From Candidatus Spongiisociaceae bacterium (GTDB lineage: Bacteria; Actinomycetota; Acidimicrobiia; Spongiisociales; Spongiisociaceae): a stretch of DNA of 64,000 nucleotides. This document shows, one piece after another, positions 36,616-45,588 of this stretch (position 1 is its first letter; each line of letters starts with the position of its first letter). A program made the translations under genes and the position numbers. The notes under the pieces are model-generated. The model ran no database searches. It was not told the DNA's origin and worked only from the letters and a program-made list of their open reading frames with translations. The stretch spans positions 1,088,001 to 1,152,000 of the forward strand of contig CBDCOH010000002.1 of assembly GCA_965219685.1 (NCBI GenBank). The letters are read 5' to 3'.

Positions 36616-37542
36616 TCAGCCGTCCTGGTTCCTGGCGGCCGACCCCTCTGCCCAAGTAGCGAAGCCGACCACCACCAGGCAGGACCCGAGGGCGAGGGTA
36701 ACCGGGACCACTATGTCGGGTCCCGGAGTTCCGAGCATCGTGGCGCCGATCCCGTCCTCATCGCCGAGTCCGTTCGGCCAGGGCCACAGGATGCGGAAGG
36801 ATCCGGCCATCAGGCCAATCATGGTCGCCACCACCAGGTCGTGGTAGCGCTCCAGGAGCCACTCCAGGAGCCGGGAGAACAGGCCCAGGCCTGCCGCCGC
36901 GCCGGCGGCGAGACTCAAGAGCGCGCCGATCCGCAGGTCGGTCACCGCTCCGAGGGCGTGCTGGTACATGCCGATCGCCAGCAGCAGGAAGGATCCGCTC
37001 ACGCCGGGGAGTATGAAAGCACAGATGGCGAGGGCCCCGGCGGCCGCGAACACGTACCAGCCGGGGTCGTGGACGGCCGCACCACGCAAGCCGAAAAGGA
37101 CGAAGGCGGCGGCGCCGACGATGGCCGCCATGGCTCCGTGCACCACTCCGGGTGTCCGGATCTGCCACCAGGCGACCACGATCGCGCCGGCGATGAGCCC
37201 GAAGAAGACGGCTGCGATCCGGACGGGGTGATCCCGCAGCAGGTCCTCCACGACCCGCGCCAGGGCTGCAACCGAAACGACGGCGCCGGCCACCACCGCA
37301 AGCAGGAAGCGCCAGTCGATGCGTCGGAAGGCCCGGACGGCTCCACCCGGGTCGCCTCTGATGAGGCGTCCCGCACTCAGGGCTCCCGTACCGATCGCTG
37401 TGACGAGGCGTCCGTAGATGCCGGTGACGAGCGCCACCGTGCCGCCGGAGACACCCGGCACCAGGTCGGCCGTGCCTATGGCCAGCCCACGAACGACCAG
37501 CCCAGCGGTCTCCCGGGCCCCATAGATGCTGGATTTGTCCAT
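36616..37542 (-). CDS. DUF368 family membrane protein
   Basis: G.AD.VPGVSGGT.A...GIY and ILPGVSGSF.LL..G.Y repeats, LWPW. Confidence 0.9.
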   Translation of the reverse strand: MDKSSIYGARETAGLVVRGLAIGTADLVPGVSGGTVALVTGIYGRLVTAIGTGALSAGRLIRGDPGGAVRAFRRIDWRFLLAVVAGAVVSVAALARVVEDLLRDHPVRIAAVFFGLIAGAIVVAWWQIRTPGVVHGAMAAIVGAAAFVLFGLRGAAVHDPGWYVFAAAGALAICAFILPGVSGSFLLLAIGMYQHALGAVTDLRIGALLSLAAGAAAGLGLFSRLLEWLLERYHDLVVATMIGLMAGSFRILWPWPNGLGDEDGIGATMLGTPGPDIVVPVTLALGSCLVVVGFATWAEGSAARNQDG

Positions 37543-37704
37543 TCAGCGTGCACGCTACCGCCGGTTGCCGGACACCCGGTCATTTGCGCCTGCGAGGGAT
37601 TCGCACTCGTGCCGAACCGCACCCGGCCGCCAATCTCACCAACAGGAACCCTGATAGCACCCTCCCATGCTCACCGTCGCGGTCAACCGGCGACCGGAGA
37701 CCGG

Positions 37705-38769
37705 TCACACCGAGAACCTCACCAGCATCACGTCGCCATCTCGAAGCGGGTACTCCTGTCCCTCCACCCGCACCACGCCGGTGGCTTTCCGCGCCGCGTC
37801 CCACCCACCTCGACTGATCACGTCGTCGATGGTCGCCACCTCGGCCCGGATGAATCCCCTCTCCATGTCGGAGTGGACCTTCCCGGCCGCCGCCCGGGCG
37901 GTCGTGCCTGCCGGGACCGTCCAGGCACGGCACTCCCTCGGGCTGATCGTGTAGAAGGTGACCAGTCCGAGGGCGTCGTAGGCGGCCCGGGCGACGACCG
38001 CGGCAGCCCCCTCCCCCAGGCCCAGCCCCTCGTACAACTCCTCCCGCTCGGGCGGGTCCAGCCGGATGACCTCCTCCTCCAGCAGGGCGGACACGGCCAC
38101 AACCGGATCGGTCCCCGGCACCACCTTCCTCAACCTGTCCACGGGGGTTTCCCGGTCGAGGTCGTCCTCCGACAGGTTGATCACCCAGACGCACGGAACC
38201 AGGCTCACAGGCGCCAGATCCCGGAAGACTCTCAGTTCGGCTCCGGACCACGGCGCGACCCTCAAGGGGAGTCCATCGGCTAACTGGTCCGCAGCCCGGG
38301 AGATCGCTGCGGCGGTAGGGCGCAGGGCCGGATCGGCGGACGCCTCCTTGAGGATCCGCTCGCGCCGGCGGTCGAACACTTCGAAGTCGGCCACGGCCAA
38401 CTCGATCAGCAACTCCTCGGCCTGGGCAACCGGATCGGTCCCATGCGATCCCTCGGGCACCCAATCCGCTTCGTGGCCGCGGAGCACCATCAAAAGCAGA
38501 TCCGGCTCCCGTCTCGGACCGAGGCCCCTGACCGATCCGGGGCGGACGGCCGAAAGGTCGTGGATGTCCAAGGTCGCGTGGGTGGTCTTGCGGGACTTCT
38601 CCAATCCTGCGACCACGTCCAGGCGCCGGTCTGCGATCCTGACGACCCCGAGATTGGGCTCGACGGTGGTGTAGGGATGGGGGGCTGTGGGGGCCTCGAG
38701 ACCGGTGAGCGCGTTGAAGACCGTCGTTTTTCCGGAGTTGGCGAATCCGACGAGGCCGACACGAGTCAT
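37705..38769 (-). CDS. ychF: YchF/OLA1-family ATPase (divergent) with C-terminal TGS/DUF933 domain
   Basis: GFANSGKTTVFNALT, YTTVEPN, ECRAWT, AAGKVHSDMERGFIRAEV, EGQEY...DGDV. Confidence 0.8.
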   Translation of the reverse strand: MTRVGLVGFANSGKTTVFNALTGLEAPTAPHPYTTVEPNLGVVRIADRRLDVVAGLEKSRKTTHATLDIHDLSAVRPGSVRGLGPRREPDLLLMVLRGHEADWVPEGSHGTDPVAQAEELLIELAVADFEVFDRRRERILKEASADPALRPTAAAISRAADQLADGLPLRVAPWSGAELRVFRDLAPVSLVPCVWVINLSEDDLDRETPVDRLRKVVPGTDPVVAVSALLEEEVIRLDPPEREELYEGLGLGEGAAAVVARAAYDALGLVTFYTISPRECRAWTVPAGTTARAAAGKVHSDMERGFIRAEVATIDDVISRGGWDAARKATGVVRVEGQEYPLRDGDVMLVRFSV

Positions 38770-38788
38770 GCGACTCGCAGGCTAGTCA

Positions 38789-38816
38789 GTGAGTGGTGAA
38801 TGGTGAATGGTGAATG
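38789..38816. repeat. Second heptamer array GTGAGTG(GTGAATG)x3
   Basis: Same unit as 5081-5108, in the ychF/gpsA divergent intergenic region. Confidence 0.75.
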
Positions 38817-38938
38817 GTGGTAACTCTTGAGGGTATCCGACTGCTGAGCTGGTACCGGGCCACGACGAGCCGGGCGTGGCTGGTGGCTGCACGCGTTCCC
38901 GACACCCGACGCCCGATACCGGGTCTACGATCCCGGTC

Positions 38939-39949
38939 ATGAGAGTGGCAGTCATCGGAGCCGGTTCGTGGGGGACGACCATCGCGGCGATCGCCTCCGC
39001 CAACGCCGATGTGATTATCTGGGCGCGCCGGCGCGAACTGGCCGACCGGATCAACACCGACCGTGCCAATCCCGACTACCTGCCCGGTTTCTTCCTGTCC
39101 GAGGATCTGGTCGCCACCTCGGACCTGGAGCGGGCTTTGGGCAACGCCGACCTGGTGGTGGTGGGGGTTCCTTCGCACGGATACCGGGCGGTCATGGAGC
39201 AGGCCAGGGGGTTGATCGCTCCCTCCACCCCGGTGATCAGCCTCACCAAGGGGATCGAGACGGACACGGGTCTGCGTATGTCGGAGCTGACCTTGGAAGT
39301 GCTGGAGGAGCACGAGCCGGCGGCGGTGGGAGTCCTGTCGGGCCCCAATCTCGCAGTGGAGATTATGGAGGGCCAACCGGCCGCGACCGTGGTCGCGATG
39401 GGCGACACGGATGCCGCCGCCAGGATCCAACCTGTGTTCAACACGCCGAGGTTCCGTGTCTATACCAACCCCGACATGGTGGGGGTGGAGTTGGCGGGCG
39501 CCATCAAGAACGTGATAGCCATCGCGGCGGGTGTCTCTACCGGGCTTGGTTTCGGCATGAACACGATGGCCACACTCGTGACGAGGGGTCTGGCCGAGAT
39601 GACCAGGCTCGGTATAGCGTTGGGGGGGCAGGCGTTGACGTTCGGGGGTCTGGCCGGGGTGGGCGACGTAATGGCGACCTGTGGGAGCCCGCGCAGCCGT
39701 AACAACCGGGTCGGTTACCAACTGGGCCGCGGTCGGACCATCGATGAGATCCTGGCGGATATGACCATGGTTGCCGAGGGAGTCAAGACGACACGACCGG
39801 TTCTCGACCTCGCCGCCCGGCACGGGGTGGAGATGCCCATCGCCGAGGCGGTGGGGAGGATCCTCCACGAGGGCGACACCGTCCAGCAGGCCATGGCCGC
39901 CCTGATGGGCCGGGCGCCGAAGTCGGAGGGACACGGAATCGTCCCTTGA
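38939..39949 (+). CDS. gpsA: NAD(P)H-dependent glycerol-3-phosphate dehydrogenase
   Basis: GAGSWGT, SLTKGIE, LSGPNLA, KNVIAIAAG, GD..ATC.S..SRN, VAEGV. Confidence 0.96.
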   Translation: MRVAVIGAGSWGTTIAAIASANADVIIWARRRELADRINTDRANPDYLPGFFLSEDLVATSDLERALGNADLVVVGVPSHGYRAVMEQARGLIAPSTPVISLTKGIETDTGLRMSELTLEVLEEHEPAAVGVLSGPNLAVEIMEGQPAATVVAMGDTDAAARIQPVFNTPRFRVYTNPDMVGVELAGAIKNVIAIAAGVSTGLGFGMNTMATLVTRGLAEMTRLGIALGGQALTFGGLAGVGDVMATCGSPRSRNNRVGYQLGRGRTIDEILADMTMVAEGVKTTRPVLDLAARHGVEMPIAEAVGRILHEGDTVQQAMAALMGRAPKSEGHGIVP

Positions 39950-40015
39950 TCTCGCTCGGGTGGGTGTTGTGGCGGCACCCGCGTGTCGGAACCAGCCCCG
40001 AGGTACGATGTCGGT

Positions 40016-40306
40016 ATGTCTGCTCAACTCCGCATCTATGACATCAAGCCGGGAACGATGGAAGAGTTCGCCTCCAAGGTCGACGAGGAGCTCATCCCGA
40101 TACGCCTCGATCACGGATTCCGCCGGAGCGGTCCTTGGATCGTCGAGGAGAACTACCAGTACGTCTGGATCGTCCACTACGACGGCGACGAACCGTTCGA
40201 AGAGGTCGACAGGCGCTACTACGCAGATCCGCGCCGCGGCGAGATGTCGTTCAATCCCATGGACTACATCGACAAGGTCGACGCCAGGATGCTTACTAGT
40301 CTATAG
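40016..40306 (+). CDS. NIPSNAP-like small protein
   Basis: QLRIYDIKPG.MEEF, HGF, YVWIV, YYADP.R. Confidence 0.7.
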   Translation: MSAQLRIYDIKPGTMEEFASKVDEELIPIRLDHGFRRSGPWIVEENYQYVWIVHYDGDEPFEEVDRRYYADPRRGEMSFNPMDYIDKVDARMLTSL

Positions 40307-40510
40307 CCGGTGGTTTGTAGTTGGTGATGGTTGGTTAGCTCGTCCAGTTCGTGGTCCAGATGCGAGGTATGTAGTCGCTTGCCATCGAGTTACTACTAGA
40401 CCGACGCTAGATACACAACAAGATCGACGGAGCCAAGGCTACAGTTACGACGCTATCGGAGCCTCCCCACTTTGCGAGGACTTGCTCGGCTCCCTCCCGG
40501 TTCTGGGCGA

Positions 40511-41542
40511 TCACCGAACCCGGCGGATCCGGGTGCCCGACCGTTTCTTGACCGCGAGGGCCGAGAGTGCCTCCATCACCACACGGTTGGCGGCCATCGA
40601 CGTCAGATCTGCATGGTCGAACGGAGGGGACACCTCGACGACATCCATACCCGCGAGGTCGACGGCGGACACTATCCGCCGGACTCCACGCAGCAGTTCC
40701 CTGCTGCTCATCCCGCCCGGCTCGGCCGTCCCGGTCCCCGGGGCGTGCGCGGGATCGAGAACGTCGATGTCGACGCTGAGATAGATAGCGTCGGCGCCGT
40801 CGAGCGCTTCGTCGATCGCCACGTCCACGACCGCCTCGGCGCCGTGCTCCTCGATCTCGGTGATGAAGTGCGACCGGATTCCCTTCTCCTTCATCCAGGC
40901 GAGGGTCTTCGCGCCGGGCCAGTAACCCCGGAGGCCGACCTGCACGAAGTTCGGTCCCGCTATCGCACCTGACTCCAGCAGCTTCCGCATCGGCGATCCG
41001 TGGCCCGCGATCGGTCCGGTTACCTCACCCGTGTCGGCGTGGGCGTCGAAGTGGACCATCCCGATCCTGGCCGGGTCGTTGACCTCGGCGATGGCGGTGG
41101 CCGACGGCCAGGTGATGCCGTGGTCGCCTCCGAGAACGATCGGGACGGCGCCGGTGCCCGCCAGGTCGCGGACCTTCCGGTAGATCATCGCGTAGCCCCG
41201 TTCCAGCCATACGGGTTCGATGTTGGCGTCGCCGGCGTCCACTACGTCGAGAACCTCGAAGACGTCGACCCCCAACTGGAGGGAGTGGAAGCCGCCGTAA
41301 TTGTTGTTGGCCGTCCGTATCGCCCTCGGCCCGAACCTGGCGCCCGGCCGGTACGTGGTGCCGTCATCGAGCGGCGCCCCGACGATGATCGCATCCGGGG
41401 CCCGGGCGGCGACCTCCCCGATGTCCGAGACGAGGGGCAGCTTGGCGAATGTGGTCGCGCCCATGTATGCGGGGAGATCGAAGTCCGGTCGCTCTACGAA
41501 CTCGCGGCTATCCCATCCGTGCATACCGGCGTAATCGGTCAT
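40511..41542 (-). CDS. Agmatinase/ureohydrolase family protein
   Basis: RPGARFGPRAIR, GGDH, HFDAHAD, HGSP, SVDIDVLDP..APGTGT.EPGG, EVSP. Confidence 0.92.
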   Translation of the reverse strand: MTDYAGMHGWDSREFVERPDFDLPAYMGATTFAKLPLVSDIGEVAARAPDAIIVGAPLDDGTTYRPGARFGPRAIRTANNNYGGFHSLQLGVDVFEVLDVVDAGDANIEPVWLERGYAMIYRKVRDLAGTGAVPIVLGGDHGITWPSATAIAEVNDPARIGMVHFDAHADTGEVTGPIAGHGSPMRKLLESGAIAGPNFVQVGLRGYWPGAKTLAWMKEKGIRSHFITEIEEHGAEAVVDVAIDEALDGADAIYLSVDIDVLDPAHAPGTGTAEPGGMSSRELLRGVRRIVSAVDLAGMDVVEVSPPFDHADLTSMAANRVVMEALSALAVKKRSGTRIRRVR

Positions 41543-41579
41543 CGCATGCCCACGGGAGACCGGCCCGCCCTAGTCACAA

Positions 41580-42527
41580 CTATCTCGAGATCTCGTTGAG
41601 CGCGGCCATCTCGTCATCGCTGAGTGTCATTCCGCAGGAGTCGATCAGCGCCTCGAGTTGCTCGGGGTTGCGGGCGCTCGCCATCGCCGCCCCCACCCCC
41701 GGCCGGTTGGCCACCCATGCCAGGGCCACCGACGCCAGCGCCACGCCGTGAGCCGCCGCAACCTCCTCCATCGCGGCGAGGATACGCCTCCCCTTGTCGT
41801 TGAGGAAGGCGGAGGCGGCGCCCGCCCGGGGGCTGTCGACCGGATCCCCTGACGAGTACTTGCCGGTGAGGAAACCGAGTCCCAGCGCGTAGTAGGGCAG
41901 GAAGGACCATCCCTCGCGGCGGGAGACGGGGAGGGTGGTCCCTTCAACCTCTCTATCCACGAGGCTGTACTTTTGCTGCAGCGCGATCGGCGGATGGAAC
42001 CCGCCAGACCGGGTGACCCGCGCCCACTCCTCCAAGCGTTCCGCCGAGTAGTTGGAGACGCCCAGGTACCGGACCTTGCCCTCGTCCACCAGCCCCGACA
42101 GGGTTCCGATGCTGTCCTCGAGCGGCGTGTCGGGATCGTCGAAGTGGGCGTAGTAGAGGTCGATCACGTCTACGCCCAGACGCCCGAGCGAGGCTTCGAC
42201 CGCGGCTCTGATGGTGGCCGGCGCCAGCCCCTTGAACTCGGGATGGTGGCTCACCTTGGTGGCGATCACCATGTCGTCGCGGTTGCCCCGCCTCTTCATC
42301 CAGCGGCCGATGATGGTCTCGCACTCCCCTCCCTCGTTTCCGGGTGCCCAGAACGGGTACGAGTCGGCGGTGTCCAAGAAGTTGCCGCCGGCCTCGAAGT
42401 AGGCGTCGAGGACCGCCCAGGAGGTGGGCTCGTCGGCCGTCCAACTGAACGGATTCGTCCCCAGAGCCAGCGGATATACGTCCAGATCGGAGCCGTCGAG
42501 CCTTCGTCGCGGTGGTGTCGTCGCCAT
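41580..42527 (-). CDS. Aldo/keto reductase
   Basis: GNFLDTADSY, IATK, SL.RL..D.IDLYYAH, GKVRYLGVSN, GFLTGKY. Confidence 0.93.
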   Translation of the reverse strand: MATTPPRRRLDGSDLDVYPLALGTNPFSWTADEPTSWAVLDAYFEAGGNFLDTADSYPFWAPGNEGGECETIIGRWMKRRGNRDDMVIATKVSHHPEFKGLAPATIRAAVEASLGRLGVDVIDLYYAHFDDPDTPLEDSIGTLSGLVDEGKVRYLGVSNYSAERLEEWARVTRSGGFHPPIALQQKYSLVDREVEGTTLPVSRREGWSFLPYYALGLGFLTGKYSSGDPVDSPRAGAASAFLNDKGRRILAAMEEVAAAHGVALASVALAWVANRPGVGAAMASARNPEQLEALIDSCGMTLSDDEMAALNEISR

Positions 42528-42666
42528 GGCATCCTCCTGTAGTGATCATGGGCATTCAAGCAATGCCCTGCCCGACGTGGCAACAGTTGGGGGTGCGATG
42601 CCGGATCGGAACTCCCGGCTTCGATGGCAGCCATGCTCGACAGCTTGTGCGCCGGCCGTCGATCCG

Positions 42667-42688
42667 CGTCACAGGCGCATGTCATAAT
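42667..42688 (+). promoter_or_regulatory. PafBC/RecA-NDp-like promoter (CGTCAC-N10-CATAAT), probably leaderless, for the herA operon
   Basis: Spacing matches TGTCRG-N10-TANNNT; the -10 ends 6 nt before GTG 42695. Confidence 0.5.
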
Positions 42689-42694
42689 CGGCAG

Positions 42695-44422
42695 GTGGTG
42701 ACTCAGACTGTTGGAAGGGTGCTCGGCACCGAGGATTCGACACCGCTCGAGTTCTGGGTTGCGGTCGCGAGCGGCCACCATCTACAACTCGACGACATCG
42801 TCGCGCTCGACCGGATCTTGCCGACCGGGGAGACCGTCTCGATCTACGGAATCGTCGGACAGGTTCGGGCTCGCTTCGAAGGGGCGCGGTTCGACTCCGA
42901 TGTCTTCCTAATCGTTGATGGCGTCCTACCGGCAGAGGTCTCAGAGGCAGCACAGGTTCAGGTCACGCGGGTGGTCCCGGAGACCTTCGTGCCGCCGCTG
43001 CCGGGCTCCGAGGTGCGTAAGGCGGTGGGCGCGGAGCGCGACGAGGCGCTCGATATGGCCGAGGTCGAGCGCAGGTTGCCCGCCGGCCTCACACGGGACG
43101 GCCAACCGGTGATGCTCGATCTCGAGTTCATCGACGGCACCAAGGGGGCCCATGTCAACATCTCGGGTATCTCCGGTGTCGCCACCAAGACCAGTTATGC
43201 GACCTTCCTGCTCTACTCGCTGTTCAATTCGGGTGCACTCGGCGCGGCCGCGGCCAACACCAAGGGGCTCGTATTCAACGTCAAAGGAGAGGACCTGCTC
43301 TTCCTCGACTATGCCAATACCCGCTTGGACGAAACGGAGGCGGCCCGCTACCGCACGCTCGGACTCGAAGCGGGGCCGTTCCGGTCACTTCGGGTCCTTG
43401 CTCCACCCCGCAAAGGTGATCCCAGCGGAACACCGGCCACCGGTGCGCGTACCACCGGCGTCCGCCCCTTGTACTGGACGGTCGCACAGTTCTGCAAACA
43501 AGGGCTGTTGCCGTTCCTCTTCGCCGATGCCGAGGACGAACGCCAGCAGTACACGATCGTCGTGCAGTCGGTCACGGCGCAATTGCAGCGTTGCGCCAGG
43601 CAGTTCAAGACCTCTGACGGCGCCGTGCGGATCGACGGGAGGACGGCGCGTACATTCTCCCAACTCGTCAGGATCATCTGCGACAAACTGCTCCCGGAAG
43701 ATCCGGACGAGGACGCCGACCCGCAGTGGACCGGCCGAGCCATATACACAGGGACGATCAACGCGTTCGTCCGCCGCCTCTCGTCAGCGGAGCGGCACGT
43801 CGAGCATCTGATACGGGCTGACATCGACGACGCCGAAACATACGCTATCGATCTCGACTCCCAGCAGGTGACGGTGGTCGACCTGCACATGCTCCATGAC
43901 CGCGCGAAGCGCTTCGTGGTGGGCGTCGTGCTCAGGCAGGCATTCGAGGCGAAGGAAGCCGCGGGCACTGCCGAGCCGCTGCAGTTCGTGGTCCTGGACG
44001 AGTTGAACAAGTACGCGCCCCGTGATTCGTCGAGCCCGATCAAGGAAATCCTGCTCGACGTGGCGGAGCGGGGTCGCAGTCTCGGGATGATTCTCATCGG
44101 CGCCCAGCAGACGGCCAGCGAGGTAGAACGGCGGGTCGTCTCGAACTCCGCAGTGCGGGTGGTCGGCCGGCTTGACGCTGCGGAGGCCGGGCGCGAGCAG
44201 TACGGGTTCCTACCGGCGGTCCAGCGGCAGCGGGCCACGATACTCAAGCCCGGCTCGATGTTCGTTTCCCAACCGCGGCTGCCGGTGCCGGTACTGCTCG
44301 AGTTCCCGTTCCCGGCGTGGGCCACCCGGGTGGCCGAGGCCGACCTGAGCCGTGGAGCCGGCGATGGGCCGACAGGCGGACCGGCGGACCAGCCCGCCGA
44401 CCCGTTCGACGGGCTGGTCTGA
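42695..44422 (+). CDS. herA: HerA-family helicase/ATPase
   Basis: N-terminal HAS-barrel-like VGRVLGTEDSTPLEFWV, Walker A variant GISGVATKTS, FNVKGEDL, Walker B VLDELNKYAP, ERGRSLG..LIGAQQ. Confidence 0.85.
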   Translation: MVTQTVGRVLGTEDSTPLEFWVAVASGHHLQLDDIVALDRILPTGETVSIYGIVGQVRARFEGARFDSDVFLIVDGVLPAEVSEAAQVQVTRVVPETFVPPLPGSEVRKAVGAERDEALDMAEVERRLPAGLTRDGQPVMLDLEFIDGTKGAHVNISGISGVATKTSYATFLLYSLFNSGALGAAAANTKGLVFNVKGEDLLFLDYANTRLDETEAARYRTLGLEAGPFRSLRVLAPPRKGDPSGTPATGARTTGVRPLYWTVAQFCKQGLLPFLFADAEDERQQYTIVVQSVTAQLQRCARQFKTSDGAVRIDGRTARTFSQLVRIICDKLLPEDPDEDADPQWTGRAIYTGTINAFVRRLSSAERHVEHLIRADIDDAETYAIDLDSQQVTVVDLHMLHDRAKRFVVGVVLRQAFEAKEAAGTAEPLQFVVLDELNKYAPRDSSSPIKEILLDVAERGRSLGMILIGAQQTASEVERRVVSNSAVRVVGRLDAAEAGREQYGFLPAVQRQRATILKPGSMFVSQPRLPVPVLLEFPFPAWATRVAEADLSRGAGDGPTGGPADQPADPFDGLV

Positions 44423-44430
44423 GACCGGCA

Positions 44431-45588
44431 TTGAAGCTCCTCCACACTTCTGACTGGCACGTGGGGAAGACGATCCGGGGTGCGTCCCGGGCGGATGAAC
44501 ACACCGCAGTCCTGGCCGAGATCGCGCAAATCGCAGCCCGTGAGGAGGTCGATCTGGTCATTGTGGCCGGTGATCTGTTCGACTCGGCCGCCCCGTCCGC
44601 CGAGGCGGAGAGGATCGTATACCGGGCCCTTCTCGACCTGGCGGACACCGGGGCTCAGGTGGCCGTGATCGCCGGAAACCACGACAACCCGCGCCGGCTC
44701 CGCGCGGTCGCTCCGCTTCTACGGCTCGGGCAGATACACGTGGTTGCCGAGCCGGCCCGGCCCGATGACGGGGGCGTGATCGGGTTACGTACCCGCGACA
44801 GTACGGACGTAAGGGTGTCGATGCTTCCGTTCGTATCCAAGCGCGGCATCGTGCGAGCCAGACATCTCATGGCCGACCAGGCCTTCGAGAACGCCCAGAA
44901 CTACAGCCAACGGCTGCGCCTCTTGATCCAGCAACTGTGCGAACCGTTCCATGGCGACACGGTGAACATATTCACAACCCATGCCTTCGTGCTAGGCGGC
45001 CAAACCGGTGGCGGTGAGCGGCCGGCTCACCTGGTCGAGGAATACGCGGTCACGGCACAGTCCTTCCCCGTGTCCATCGGCTACGGGGCGTTGGGCCACC
45101 TCCACCGCCCCCAACGTGTCCTGGCACGACTCCACTACTGCGGTTCGCCGCTCCAGCTGGACTTCGGTGAGGCCGAACAGGCCAAGCAGGTGAACATCGT
45201 CAAGCTGGAACCGCGGGTACCCGCGGATGTCAGTGCGGTGCAGCTAACGGCCGGACGCCCCCTGCGGACGCTGACCGGCACCATCGAGGAACTGAGCTCC
45301 GTGAGCGTCGAAGACGACGCCTGGCTGAAAGTGGTCGTACAAGGCCCTGGCCGGGCCGGGCTTGCGCAGACCGTGCGGGAACTACTCGGACCTGGCGTGG
45401 TCGACGTCCGGGTCGAGTCGCCGGGATCGGCTGCCAGAAGGCGGAGACTCGATCATCGCAGCCGGTCGCCGCACGAGGTCTTCGGCGAGTACCTCAAACA
45501 CGAGAGCATCGAGGACACCCGCGTCCTCGACCTGTTCGGCGAACTCCTTGATGAGCAGAGCGACGTTTCAGCCGGGGTCGGTCCATGA
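44431..45588 (+). CDS. sbcD: SbcD/Mre11 nuclease
   Basis: TTG start; HTSDWHVG, AGDLFD, GNHD, ALGHLH, Y.GSP...DFGE. Confidence 0.93.
   Translation: MKLLHTSDWHVGKTIRGASRADEHTAVLAEIAQIAAREEVDLVIVAGDLFDSAAPSAEAERIVYRALLDLADTGAQVAVIAGNHDNPRRLRAVAPLLRLGQIHVVAEPARPDDGGVIGLRTRDSTDVRVSMLPFVSKRGIVRARHLMADQAFENAQNYSQRLRLLIQQLCEPFHGDTVNIFTTHAFVLGGQTGGGERPAHLVEEYAVTAQSFPVSIGYGALGHLHRPQRVLARLHYCGSPLQLDFGEAEQAKQVNIVKLEPRVPADVSAVQLTAGRPLRTLTGTIEELSSVSVEDDAWLKVVVQGPGRAGLAQTVRELLGPGVVDVRVESPGSAARRRRLDHRSRSPHEVFGEYLKHESIEDTRVLDLFGELLDEQSDVSAGVGP

Noticed and set aside
40307-40510. Lower-GC intergenic stretch with faint 7-nt periodicity (tggtttg tagttgg tgatggt tggttag)
   Set aside because: Too degenerate to define a repeat unit or RNA structure.
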